Of a DNA stretch of 64,000 nt, positions 1 through 9,255 are shown one piece after another. The notes beneath the pieces are model-generated. The model was not told the origin of the DNA. It saw only the letters and a program-made list of their open reading frames with translations, and searched no databases. The DNA is taken from contig JBDLUL010000014.1 in the NCBI GenBank assembly GCA_039805345.1, positions 3,401 to 67,400 of the forward strand. Direction: 5' to 3'. Numbering within the stretch: the first letter of the stretch is position 1; each line of letters opens with the position of its first letter. Origin of the DNA: Bacteroidota bacterium. GTDB taxonomy: Bacteria; Bacteroidota; Bacteroidia; Cytophagales; Spirosomataceae. The position numbers and the translations under genes were made by a program.

Positions 1-323
1 AGTTCGGCAATGTCGATGGCTTCCAATTTGGCATTCGCTGGCATATAACCTGCATAGGATTTTCCATTAACCTTAATTTCTCCCTTTTGTCCTTGTTTGA
101 TTATACAAACTAATTGTTGGGGAGATACGCGCGTCCAAAGATCTGTTTTAGCTAATGCCGGGTATAGATCGCGTAATCCACTACCATCGTTTTGATGGCA
201 ATTGGCGCAATTTTTTTCGTAGATAGTGCGACCTTCAACCACGTATTGTTGGTACATGATTTCCTCCTTGCTTTGGCAAGATGTGAATAAAATAAGTAGG
301 TTGATGAAAAGTAGATACTTCAT
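1..323 (-). CDS. Cytochrome c lipoprotein (runs off the window edge; not in the ORF track)
   Basis: Hand translation MKYLLFINLLILFTSC...IYEKNCANCHQNDGSG...YMP shows a lipobox, a CxxCH heme motif and a candidate Met ligand. The ATG overlaps the SCO stop (TAATG). Confidence 0.85.
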   Translation of the reverse strand, partial: MKYLLFINLLILFTSCQSKEEIMYQQYVVEGRTIYEKNCANCHQNDGSGLRDLYPALAKTDLWTRVSPQQLVCIIKQGQKGEIKVNGKSYAGYMPANAKLEAIDIAE

Positions 324-952
324 TATTTTTCGTGTAAAAGGATTTCAATGTCTTCTATCAAATGGTTCACCTCTGCTTCCTGCGTACCGTCATAGATGCC
401 GCGGATATGTCGGTTTTTGTCGACCAAAATAAATGCTCCACTGTGTACAAATCCTCCAGCTTCATTTTTGTCTTCTTGGGCAGTTACCATGTAGGATTTT
501 TCTCCAAGTTTATAAATGGCGGCTTTGTCGCCAGTTAACATATTCCATCGAGGAGATTTGACTTGTAACCTTGTCGCATACTGTTTCAATACGCTTGGCG
601 TATCGTATGTGGGGTCGATGCTATGCGAAAGAATCCGAATAACATCATTCTCCGCATAACGCTCATATACACGCAAGAGTTGCGTTTTCATTTTCGGACA
701 AATCGTCGGGCAGGAGGTAAAAAAGAAATCTGCGATGTAAATTTTCCCATCCATATCTTTTTCACTTACCCAGACAGAATCCTGATTCAAAAAACGGAAT
801 GCGGGGATTTGGTGATAGATTGTATCTACTTTACCCGCCACAACGCGTGTATCTTTAGGTCCTAAAAATGGCAAATTTTTCTTTTCTTGGCAGCTTGCAA
901 TGAGTAAGCTTAGGGCCAACAAAACATTAAGGGCGGTAGGCTTTAGCTGCAT
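323..952 (-). CDS. SCO1/SenC family copper chaperone lipoprotein
   Basis: FFFTSCPTICP (CxxxC), SIDP motif, conserved His in FVHSG, lipobox IASC. Confidence 0.93.
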   Translation of the reverse strand: MQLKPTALNVLLALSLLIASCQEKKNLPFLGPKDTRVVAGKVDTIYHQIPAFRFLNQDSVWVSEKDMDGKIYIADFFFTSCPTICPKMKTQLLRVYERYAENDVIRILSHSIDPTYDTPSVLKQYATRLQVKSPRWNMLTGDKAAIYKLGEKSYMVTAQEDKNEAGGFVHSGAFILVDKNRHIRGIYDGTQEAEVNHLIEDIEILLHEK

Positions 953-1316
953 CTAAACTGGAGTCCGTGATTTTTTGTAATTCTTTTAACTGATCGTATT
1001 GTTTGCCGAGGTATTCTATTTTCGACTGTACATCCATCTTGCTAAGGCTATCAATGGAAAAGTGATGCATCCAATCCATCATGGCTTGATCCGATTTTGC
1101 CAAAGCTTTTTTTAGCTTATTAACATGTACTGAATCTTTTCCAGTGGATAGACTATCTAATTGTCCTTGTAAAGCAACAATTTCTTCTGTCTTAGGCATC
1201 AGTTTATCATGTAAGCCCATCACTTTTCCTTCTAACTCTTCACTTAATTTTTCCTCTGCCTGTGAGCAAGAAATGAGTCCTATGAGTAAGCCTACGATAA
1301 GTATTTTATTTAGCAT
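927..1316 (-). CDS. Small helical lipoprotein of unknown function
   Basis: Lipobox LISC; VMGLHDKLMP and AMMDWMH motifs of a conserved Bacteroidota lipoprotein; overlaps both neighbours. Confidence 0.8.
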   Translation of the reverse strand: MLNKILIVGLLIGLISCSQAEEKLSEELEGKVMGLHDKLMPKTEEIVALQGQLDSLSTGKDSVHVNKLKKALAKSDQAMMDWMHHFSIDSLSKMDVQSKIEYLGKQYDQLKELQKITDSSLDAAKAYRP

Positions 1317-2982
1317 GATTTGCTTGGATTAATTTTCTGACATTATCTTTTAGTTCAACATAGCCTTGCTGACCACCAATCATTTTTGCGATTTCATCGA
1401 CGCGTTCTTCACCTTTTAACTCGCGAAGGCTTGAAACTGTTTTTTCTCCCGCATGGTCTTTATAAACATACCAATGTGCTATTCCTGCTGCTGCGATTTG
1501 TGGTAAATGGGTAATCGCAATCAATTGGTGACCTTGACTCATTTGTGTCAACATCTGACCAATTTTAATCGCAATTTCACCGGAAACGCCAGTATCGATT
1601 TCATCCAAAATCAAGGTTGGCAATGCACGTTTTTGGGCTAATAGATGTTTGATGGATAGCATCAAACGGCTTAATTCCCCACCGGAAGCTACTTGCTTGA
1701 ATGGTTTGGGACTTAGGCCTTTATTGGCAGAAAACAGCAATTGGATTTTATCAATTCCAGATGTTCGCATTTCGCGCTGCAAGTTTTCCCATGCAAGGCT
1801 TGCGTTCGGGATGCCTAGTGCCGCAAGAGAATCAGTTAATTGGGCTACTATGGGTTCTAATACTTGATTTCTGCTTTCACTCAGTGCGTGGGCTGCTTTT
1901 TCGGCAGCTGCTTGACTCACAGCAAATGCAGCTTTCGCTTTTGCTATCGCTTCATCCATATTGGAGAAGCTCGCTATTTGATCATCTAATTGATTTCGCA
2001 AGTCGATGAGCGATGCAATATCAGCAACTTGATATTTTTGCAATAGGCGATTCAGTAAATCCAATCGTTGTTGTTGGCGTTGTAAGCTTGCTGGGTCCGA
2101 TTGGAAATCTTCTGCTTCGCGTTCCACTTCGTTGCTTAAATCCTTTAGTTCAATCCATATGCTATCTAAGCGTACTTTCCAGGCTTCATAGGTAGGATCC
2201 CATTTGCTCAATGCCTGGGTATGTTGGAGAGCTAAGCGCATTTGTTGGCCGATTGATAACTCATCCAAACTGAGCAGATTAGCCAATCCGGCTAATTTTT
2301 CATGTATTTGTTCGGCATTTTCTCCTTTTTCTACGGCAATTTCCAAGCCATCATATTCATCGCTTTGTAATTGGGCTGATTCCAGCTCTTGAAATTGGAA
2401 TTGCATGAAATCGAGCCCTTGCATGCCCGATGCGGCTTGCTTGACTAAGTTGTCAACTTGTTCTTGTGCATGAACATAAGCTTGAAATGCGAGCGTATAG
2501 GAGTTTTTGAGGGATTGATTTTGAGCGAAGCTGTCGATTAACTCCAAACTAAAATCGGGGTGTGACATCCACCAAGTGTCTTGCTGGGAATGCACATCAA
2601 TCAATTCTTGTCCAATTTTTCGTAATGAATCGAGTGTAACGGGACTATCATTTACAAAGGTACGGGACTTTCCTTGTGGATTAATTTCTCTTCGAATAAT
2701 GCAAGGGTCTTCGAAGTCTAATCCCTCTTCCTCAAAAAGTTGACGGATATGCGGGTAATTTGCCAGGGCAAAGGTGCCTTCGATGATGCATTTTTTTTCA
2801 GGATCGTACAAAGATTTGCTGTCGGCGCGTGCACCCATCAATAAGGCAATTGCTCCTAATAAAATCGATTTTCCGGCTCCCGTTTCACCCGTTATGACGC
2901 TCAAGCCTTCAGAAAGGCTCAAATTGACGGAGTCAATGAGTGCGTAGTTCTGTATGTGTAATTGTTTGAGCATTCGATTCAA
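1306..2982 (-). CDS. recN: DNA repair protein RecN (start probably 2973, MLKQL)
   Basis: GETGAGKS Walker A, ASGGE signature, LILDEID Walker B, ITHLPQIAA. Confidence 0.97.
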   Translation of the reverse strand: MNRMLKQLHIQNYALIDSVNLSLSEGLSVITGETGAGKSILLGAIALLMGARADSKSLYDPEKKCIIEGTFALANYPHIRQLFEEEGLDFEDPCIIRREINPQGKSRTFVNDSPVTLDSLRKIGQELIDVHSQQDTWWMSHPDFSLELIDSFAQNQSLKNSYTLAFQAYVHAQEQVDNLVKQAASGMQGLDFMQFQFQELESAQLQSDEYDGLEIAVEKGENAEQIHEKLAGLANLLSLDELSIGQQMRLALQHTQALSKWDPTYEAWKVRLDSIWIELKDLSNEVEREAEDFQSDPASLQRQQQRLDLLNRLLQKYQVADIASLIDLRNQLDDQIASFSNMDEAIAKAKAAFAVSQAAAEKAAHALSESRNQVLEPIVAQLTDSLAALGIPNASLAWENLQREMRTSGIDKIQLLFSANKGLSPKPFKQVASGGELSRLMLSIKHLLAQKRALPTLILDEIDTGVSGEIAIKIGQMLTQMSQGHQLIAITHLPQIAAAGIAHWYVYKDHAGEKTVSSLRELKGEERVDEIAKMIGGQQGYVELKDNVRKLIQANHAK

Positions 2983-3043
2983 TTGGAATTCGAATTTACA
3001 TAAAAAAATCTGTTCGAATTTTTATTTCATCCGATTAAAGGTT

Positions 3044-3076
3044 TTTGATGAATATTATCAATAATTTGTACCTTTG
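3044..3076 (+). promoter_or_regulatory. Bacteroidota housekeeping promoter for sucD
   Basis: TTTG (3044-3047), 21-nt spacer, TACCTTTG (3069-3076) matching TAxxTTTG. Confidence 0.65.
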
Positions 3077-3114
3077 GAAAAATTTTACGCCTACGTTTAT
3101 TTAACCCCTACGAA

Positions 3115-3993
3115 ATGAGTGTTTTAGTTAACAAGAATTCGAAAATTATAGTACAAGGTTTTACAGGAACAGAAGGTTCCTTTCATGCAGAGCAAATGAT
3201 TGCTTACGGTACGCAAGTGGTAGGAGGGGTAACCCCAGGAAAAGGAGGAGGATCGCACTTAGATCGTCCTATTTTTAATACGGTTGCTGATGCTGTTGCG
3301 AAAACAGGAGCCGATACATCGATTATTTTTGTTCCACCCGCATTTGCTGCGGATGCAATTATGGAAGCTGCGGATGCAGGTATCAAAGTGATTATTTGTA
3401 TCACAGAAGGTATCCCGACCAAAGACATGATTGTTGCAAAAGAATATATTCAAAATCACGAATGTCGTTTAATCGGGCCAAACTGCCCAGGTGTTATGAC
3501 AGCTGATGAGTGTAAAGTTGGTATTATGCCAGGCTTTATCTTCCAAAAAGGTCGTGTAGGTATTGTTTCAAAGTCAGGTACATTGACTTATGAAGCGGTA
3601 GATCAATTAACAAAAGCTGGTTTAGGCCAAACGACAGCAATCGGTATCGGTGGTGATCCAATTATCGGAACAACAACGAAAGAAGCTGTTGAGTTATTAA
3701 TGAACGATCCAGAAACAGAAGGTATTGTGATGATTGGTGAGATTGGTGGTGGCATGGAAGCAGAAGCTGCTCGTTGGATCAAAGCTGATGGAAATCGTAA
3801 ACCTGTTGTAGGATTTATTGCTGGCCAAACAGCGCCGAAAGGTCGTCGTATGGGTCACGCAGGTGCTATCATTGGTGGTGCTGATGATACAGCTGAAGCA
3901 AAAATGAAAATCATGCAAGAATGTGGTATTCATGTTGTTTACTCTCCAGCGGATATCGGCGAAACGATGATCAAAGCATTAGCTGGAAAATAA
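3115..3993 (+). CDS. sucD: Succinyl-CoA ligase alpha subunit
   Basis: [27 protein letters not shown] phospho-His motif. Confidence 0.98.
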   Translation: MSVLVNKNSKIIVQGFTGTEGSFHAEQMIAYGTQVVGGVTPGKGGGSHLDRPIFNTVADAVAKTGADTSIIFVPPAFAADAIMEAADAGIKVIICITEGIPTKDMIVAKEYIQNHECRLIGPNCPGVMTADECKVGIMPGFIFQKGRVGIVSKSGTLTYEAVDQLTKAGLGQTTAIGIGGDPIIGTTTKEAVELLMNDPETEGIVMIGEIGGGMEAEAARWIKADGNRKPVVGFIAGQTAPKGRRMGHAGAIIGGADDTAEAKMKIMQECGIHVVYSPADIGETMIKALAGK

Positions 3994-4003
3994 TTCAATA
4001 AGG

Positions 4004-5194
4004 ATGATTCCTTTTATTCCAAAATCTGCTAGTCATTTTCCTTTGGGGAAGATTAGCAGATTTTTTTTGTTGTTTATCTTATTGCTTTCCTCGGAGATGA
4101 AAGCTGCACAATGGCAGCATGTTCAACCGCTGGATAAAGCCTGGCTTGTCTATCAGCCGAATTTAAAAACCTTCCTTCCGTATATCCCAGGAAAGCATTA
4201 CAGTTTTAAGTCCAAATCGCTCGCTATTCCCCTAGCTGAATTTCCGAACACCTATTTACGGATGGAATTGGATGGAGATTATGTGCTTTTTATGCAAGGT
4301 TCGTTTCATAGTCATTTGGAAAAAGGAAAATTGTATCGCTGGTCTGTTGACAGTTTACAGAAAGTCTATCCAGCTGCTGTTCCGTTGTATTTTAGTTTCT
4401 ACCAAGCGAATATGGCGGGTCTTCCTAAGGTCGTCTTATTAGAACGAAAAGTTCAAGAAGATAATGTTGCAATCACAGATATGATGAGTTTGCGCCAGCG
4501 AAATGCCTATTTATTCAATCAGTTTTTTGGTTCTGCTTTTTTATTGATCTTGTTTTTCTTGGGTGTATTATACGCGGCATTTCCCCGGTATTTTGCGGCC
4601 TATTTTCGCTTCTCAGATTGGATTCATTGGGAAATCAAAGAGGAGGTATTATTAAAGAATGCCTTTGCGTTTCCGAATTTGGTGGTCATAGGTCTTTTAA
4701 GCTTGATAACAGCTTGTTTCTCTTTCTACAATGGATTGCTTAATCAATCAAATGATACCTTTTTTGAATCACAAGAGAATTTACAGCGGTTTTTGCCTAC
4801 GATTGGATTTATCCTTTCGCGAACCTTGTTAGGTTTTGCCTTGTTTGTTAGCCGGTACTTTGTTTATAAATTATTTACCAATTTATTCCGCCTTCCACAC
4901 ATTGCGGAGGCGCATTATTTTAAGTCAGTTCAGGCCAATCTTCAATTCTTTATTATCTTATTTAGTTTATTGAGTTTATTCTCCGTGTACATGGGACCCA
5001 TGTATCCCGTGAATCTAACTTACATTTCTTATGTGATTACAGCCTATTTTGTGATTCGGGCTATTTACTTTTTTCAAGTATTTCGTCGGAGCTACCAAGT
5101 GAATCAATTATCGCTACTAGCCTATTTAGTTTTGATGGAAGGTCAAGTCATGGTATTTGGACTTCGAGAGTTGATTTTTCCTGAATACATGTAG
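4004..5194 (+). CDS. DUF4271-type membrane protein
   Basis: N-terminal soluble domain plus multi-TM C-terminus; the usual Bacteroidota position upstream of hemD. Confidence 0.7.
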   Translation: MIPFIPKSASHFPLGKISRFFLLFILLLSSEMKAAQWQHVQPLDKAWLVYQPNLKTFLPYIPGKHYSFKSKSLAIPLAEFPNTYLRMELDGDYVLFMQGSFHSHLEKGKLYRWSVDSLQKVYPAAVPLYFSFYQANMAGLPKVVLLERKVQEDNVAITDMMSLRQRNAYLFNQFFGSAFLLILFFLGVLYAAFPRYFAAYFRFSDWIHWEIKEEVLLKNAFAFPNLVVIGLLSLITACFSFYNGLLNQSNDTFFESQENLQRFLPTIGFILSRTLLGFALFVSRYFVYKLFTNLFRLPHIAEAHYFKSVQANLQFFIILFSLLSLFSVYMGPMYPVNLTYISYVITAYFVIRAIYFFQVFRRSYQVNQLSLLAYLVLMEGQVMVFGLRELIFPEYM

Positions 5195-5285
5195 GGGCAG
5201 ATAATTATTTGATAAAATTTGTCGTATATTTGCAGGCATTTTCAGTTTGAGGCCAAACGGGAGTGATTAATTAGAATATTTTATT

Positions 5286-6077
5286 ATGAGTTTAGTTGCA
5301 AATGTTGCTCAACCTGATGTTACACGGTTGAAAAAAGTTAAAAGTATCCTTGTTACCCAAGCTGCGCCTGCAGATGCGGCTAAATCTCCCTATTTCGAGA
5401 TTGAACGTAAATACGATGTTAAAGTAGATTTTCGTTCGTTTATCGATGTGAAAGGGATTTCATTTAAGGACTTCAGAAAGCAAAAAATTGACATTTTATC
5501 GCATACTGCGATTATTTTCACAAGTCGTAACGCAATTGATCATTTCTTCCGCATTTGTAAAGAAGCGAAGATTGAGGTGCCTGCCGACATGAAATATTTC
5601 TGCATAACCGAGCAAACAGCGAATTATCTTCACAAATACATTGTCATTCGCAAGCGTAAGATTTTTACGGGTACGAAGACGGCATTGGATTTATTAGAAG
5701 TGATTAAAAAGCACAAGACCGAGAAATTCATGTTTCCTTGTTCGAACAAGCGCCAAAAAGATTTACCAGATTATATGGGTACAAATGACTTCCAATTAAC
5801 AGAAGCTGTGATGTACGAAACCGTTTCTGCTGATCTATCGGATTTGGAAGATGTATTCTATGATGTGATTGCCTTTTTTAGTCCTTCGGGAATTACCTCC
5901 TTATTTGAGAATTTCCCAGACTTCAAGCAAAATAACACGCGATTAGCCGCTTTCGGTCCTACAACCGCGCAAGCAGTTCATGATGCCGGGTTAATTTTAG
6001 ATATTCAGGCTCCCATGCCCAACGCGCCTTCTATGACGGGAGCCTTGGAACACTACATCAAACAAGCCAATAAATAA
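5286..6077 (+). CDS. hemD: Uroporphyrinogen-III synthase
   Basis: IFTSRNAIDHFF, FFSPSGI, AAFGPTTA of Bacteroidota HemD. Confidence 0.9.
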   Translation: MSLVANVAQPDVTRLKKVKSILVTQAAPADAAKSPYFEIERKYDVKVDFRSFIDVKGISFKDFRKQKIDILSHTAIIFTSRNAIDHFFRICKEAKIEVPADMKYFCITEQTANYLHKYIVIRKRKIFTGTKTALDLLEVIKKHKTEKFMFPCSNKRQKDLPDYMGTNDFQLTEAVMYETVSADLSDLEDVFYDVIAFFSPSGITSLFENFPDFKQNNTRLAAFGPTTAQAVHDAGLILDIQAPMPNAPSMTGALEHYIKQANK

Positions 6078-6080
6078 TTG

Positions 6081-6106
6081 AAAAGCTCCTGTTGGAGCTT
6101 TTTTTT
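6081..6106 (+). terminator. Intrinsic terminator after hemD
   Basis: AAAAGCTCC-tgtt-GGAGCTTTT stem with an 8-T run. Confidence 0.8.
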
Positions 6107-6171
6107 GTTAGATGCTATCCCAATAGGCTTATTTTGTTTATTTTTAGCTCAGCTTTTGCTAACTCATAATC

Positions 6172-7152
6172 ATGCAGGGATTTAAACACGTTTTGAGCTA
6201 TTTTTTCATGTTTTTACTGATGACCAGTATCAACGTGGAGTTGCCTGCACAACAAATGCCTGGCTTAAGTTTGTATCACCTCAATTCGCTGTATTATAAC
6301 CCCGCTGCCGCTGGTGCAGGACGAGATGCGTATGTGCAGGCTCAATATCGGAATCAGTGGACATCTTATGAAACTTCACAAGATGGGAATGGGAATCTGG
6401 GTACGAGTATCGTAGGAGTATCACTTCCATTAAACTTTCAGCACTTAGGTATGGGCTTGGTTGTGATGAATGACAAAACGCCATCGGGCGTAGGCCAACA
6501 AGTCATTCGATTGCAACTAGCTTATCATTATCCCATGGCTACGGGTGCGCAGATATCGTTGGGTTTAGGATTCGGCATGCAGAGTAAATCCTTTGATGGG
6601 CGAATATTCCGTGTCCGCGATGCGAATGACCCTTTAGCTGTTGAATTGTCCGGCAAACAGGTTTCTCAAGCTATTCCTGATTTTAATGCAGGGTTAATGT
6701 ATACCTCCGACCGGGTGGAAGTTGGATTTGGTATTTCACATTTGAACCAGTCTGCTTATGATTTTGGCAGCCCAACGCTGAAATTAAAAAACGAACTTGC
6801 GGCGAACATGCATATAAAAGCAAATTTGACCCTGAATGACCGATTTGAATGGAGTCCTTTTGCGCAATTGAATTATTACAACGGAGTTTTATTGCCACAA
6901 TTGGGGGCGAAGGTAATCTTCCAACAACAATTTTGGGTAGGAGCCGGATATCGCTGGGATGATGCTGCTACTATGATGGCGGGTGTGTCATTTCTGAACA
7001 ATCGTTTGGACTTAGCCTATGCGATGGATTTGTCAGTGATTAATTCAGCTGTCAAATCCAATTTGTCTCATGAGGTGCTGTTGCGATTTGTTTTGCCCAG
7101 TTTCCAGACCGCCTCTCGCTTTGTTCCTATCAAGACACCTCGATTTAAGTAA
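6172..7152 (+). CDS. porP: T9SS PorP/SprF family outer-membrane protein
   Basis: YYNPAAAG, YRNQW, GAGYR, SHEV, C-terminal KTPRF; directly upstream of gldK. Confidence 0.9.
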   Translation: MQGFKHVLSYFFMFLLMTSINVELPAQQMPGLSLYHLNSLYYNPAAAGAGRDAYVQAQYRNQWTSYETSQDGNGNLGTSIVGVSLPLNFQHLGMGLVVMNDKTPSGVGQQVIRLQLAYHYPMATGAQISLGLGFGMQSKSFDGRIFRVRDANDPLAVELSGKQVSQAIPDFNAGLMYTSDRVEVGFGISHLNQSAYDFGSPTLKLKNELAANMHIKANLTLNDRFEWSPFAQLNYYNGVLLPQLGAKVIFQQQFWVGAGYRWDDAATMMAGVSFLNNRLDLAYAMDLSVINSAVKSNLSHEVLLRFVLPSFQTASRFVPIKTPRFK

Positions 7153-7313
7153 GGTATCTTGAAATTGTCACAAAAAAATGGGGATTTTGTACATGTATTA
7201 TTAGAAATTCCCTTAATTTTGAGGAATTTGATTTAATTGTGTATGCTGTGAAAGTTGAACACAATTTTTTGAGATTGATCTCGTTTAAAAAAAAGATATA
7301 ATAATTCGTCTTT

Positions 7314-8441
7314 ATGAATTTTAAATTTGTTGGAAAGCCTTTGACGCTCATGTTGTCAGCCCTTGCCTTAACTGCGGTCCTTGCGGGTTGTGGAGGTTCT
7401 AAAGGAGGCTCAAGTAGTTCTAAAACCCTTAGTAGTGCCAAAGGTTCATCGTCTTCGAAAAAGGGAGGATTGAAAATTGGCAAAGCTGCTAAAGATGCTC
7501 CAGGCATAGAAAACGGGGAAATTGTGGCTAGTTCACGTAAAGGATGGAGTCAACCTACGCCTTATGGTATGGTGCTGGTTCCTTCCGGAAGCTATATGAT
7601 GGGACAGGCAGATGAAGACGTATCTCGATCGGGTATTAGCTTCAATAAGCGTGTTACCGTTGCAGCTTTCTACATGGATGATACGGAGTTAACCAATCAT
7701 GAGTATCGTCAGTTCACAAATTCTTTATTGAAAGATTCTGTTTCCGTTTTAGGAGAAGATAAAATCATGACGGAATTCTATCCGGATACTACGGTTTGGA
7801 AGAGTGATTTTACCTACCATAATGGTGATCCCATGTTAGAGTATTATTTCTCAAGCCCTGCTTTTGATCAATATCCCGTTGTTGGTGTTAGTTGGGAAGC
7901 TGCCAAGTATTTCTGCTTATGGCGTTCCAAAATGATGAATGAATATCGTAAAAAGCAAGGTATGTACATGTTGCCTCGTTTTGAATTGCCTTCAGAATCT
8001 GAATGGGAATGGGCTGCGCGTGGTGGTCGAGCGTCAGGGAAATATCCTTGGGGTAATCCTTATGTAGCGAATGCGAAGGGATGTTTGATGGCGAACTTTA
8101 AGCCACACCGTGGAAATTACGATGCAGATGGTTATGCATATACCTCACCTGCGAATGCTTATGATCCGAACGATTTTGGTCTTTATAATATGTCGGGGAA
8201 CGTTGCAGAATGGTGTGAAGATGCCTATTCTGATAATGCATCTGCGGTAACATGGGATTTAAATACGGTTAACAAAGATGCTGATGAGCCACGTAAAGTG
8301 GTTCGCGGTGGATCATGGAAAGATATTGCCTATTATTTGGAAACAGGTACGCGTGCGTATGAATTGCAAAATAAGCGCCGTTCATACATTGGTTTTAGAT
8401 CCATGATGCGTTACCTAGGAAGACCAGCTTTAAAGAAATAA
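7314..8441 (+). CDS. gldK: Gliding/T9SS lipoprotein GldK (PorK)
   Basis: Lipobox LAGC; FGE-sulfatase motifs YPVVGVSW, LPSESEWEWAARGG, GLYNMSGNVAEW; operon context. Confidence 0.95.
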   Translation: MNFKFVGKPLTLMLSALALTAVLAGCGGSKGGSSSSKTLSSAKGSSSSKKGGLKIGKAAKDAPGIENGEIVASSRKGWSQPTPYGMVLVPSGSYMMGQADEDVSRSGISFNKRVTVAAFYMDDTELTNHEYRQFTNSLLKDSVSVLGEDKIMTEFYPDTTVWKSDFTYHNGDPMLEYYFSSPAFDQYPVVGVSWEAAKYFCLWRSKMMNEYRKKQGMYMLPRFELPSESEWEWAARGGRASGKYPWGNPYVANAKGCLMANFKPHRGNYDADGYAYTSPANAYDPNDFGLYNMSGNVAEWCEDAYSDNASAVTWDLNTVNKDADEPRKVVRGGSWKDIAYYLETGTRAYELQNKRRSYIGFRSMMRYLGRPALKK

Positions 8442-8468
8442 TTCAAAAAGAAATAAAAGATTAAACAA

Positions 8469-9227
8469 ATGAAGGGATTAGAAAAATCAATCAATGTAGT
8501 GGCGAGTTTTGGAGCTGCTGTTGTAATTATTGGAGCATTATTTAAAATCGTACACTGGGAAGGTGCAAATGAGATGCTGATGGTCGGTATGTTTACGGAA
8601 GCAGCCATCTTTATTTTGTTTGGTGTGTTATACATTCAAGCGAAGCCCGAGAAAGAATATAGTTGGGAAAACGTTTATCCTGAATTAGTAGGTGGAGAAG
8701 CCGTTGCACGTCCTGCGGGAAATGGCTTAGCTAATTTGGCTAATCAATCAGGTTTAGGCGCTGATGTAGTTGAAAACTTGACAAAAAGCTTGAAAGGTTT
8801 AACAGAGACAGCGAACAGCTTACAAGAAATTTCAAAAGCTACGGGTGCTGCAAATGACTTTGTTCAATCCTTGAACGCTTCTTCAGCTTCATTAGGCTCA
8901 TTGAATAAAACTGTTTCTGACGCGAATGCTTCGTTAGGTTCTATTTCGATTTCTTCGACAGAGGCGGCGAAATATGCGCAGCAATATGCGAAGGCTGGTG
9001 ATCAATTAGCTGCATTGAATGCGATTTATGAGACGGAGATTCAAGAATCAAGCAAGCATTTGAAGGCAATCAATGGCTATTACGGAAATGTAAATACAAC
9101 AGTAGAGCAAATTGCGGCTACGTCTAAAGACGCGGAGCAATTCAAAGCAGAATTAGCTAAGTTGAATGCCAACATTCAGGCATTAAATCAAGTGTATGGC
9201 AGCATGTTGACTGCTATGAAAGGATAA
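8469..9227 (+). CDS. gldL: Gliding/T9SS motor GldL (PorL)
   Basis: GAAVVIIGALFKI, TEA (conserved Glu), WENVYPEL, VYGSMLTAM. Confidence 0.97.
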   Translation: MKGLEKSINVVASFGAAVVIIGALFKIVHWEGANEMLMVGMFTEAAIFILFGVLYIQAKPEKEYSWENVYPELVGGEAVARPAGNGLANLANQSGLGADVVENLTKSLKGLTETANSLQEISKATGAANDFVQSLNASSASLGSLNKTVSDANASLGSISISSTEAAKYAQQYAKAGDQLAALNAIYETEIQESSKHLKAINGYYGNVNTTVEQIAATSKDAEQFKAELAKLNANIQALNQVYGSMLTAMKG

Positions 9228-9255
9228 TTATTGATTTTATTACAGCTTAGATAAT

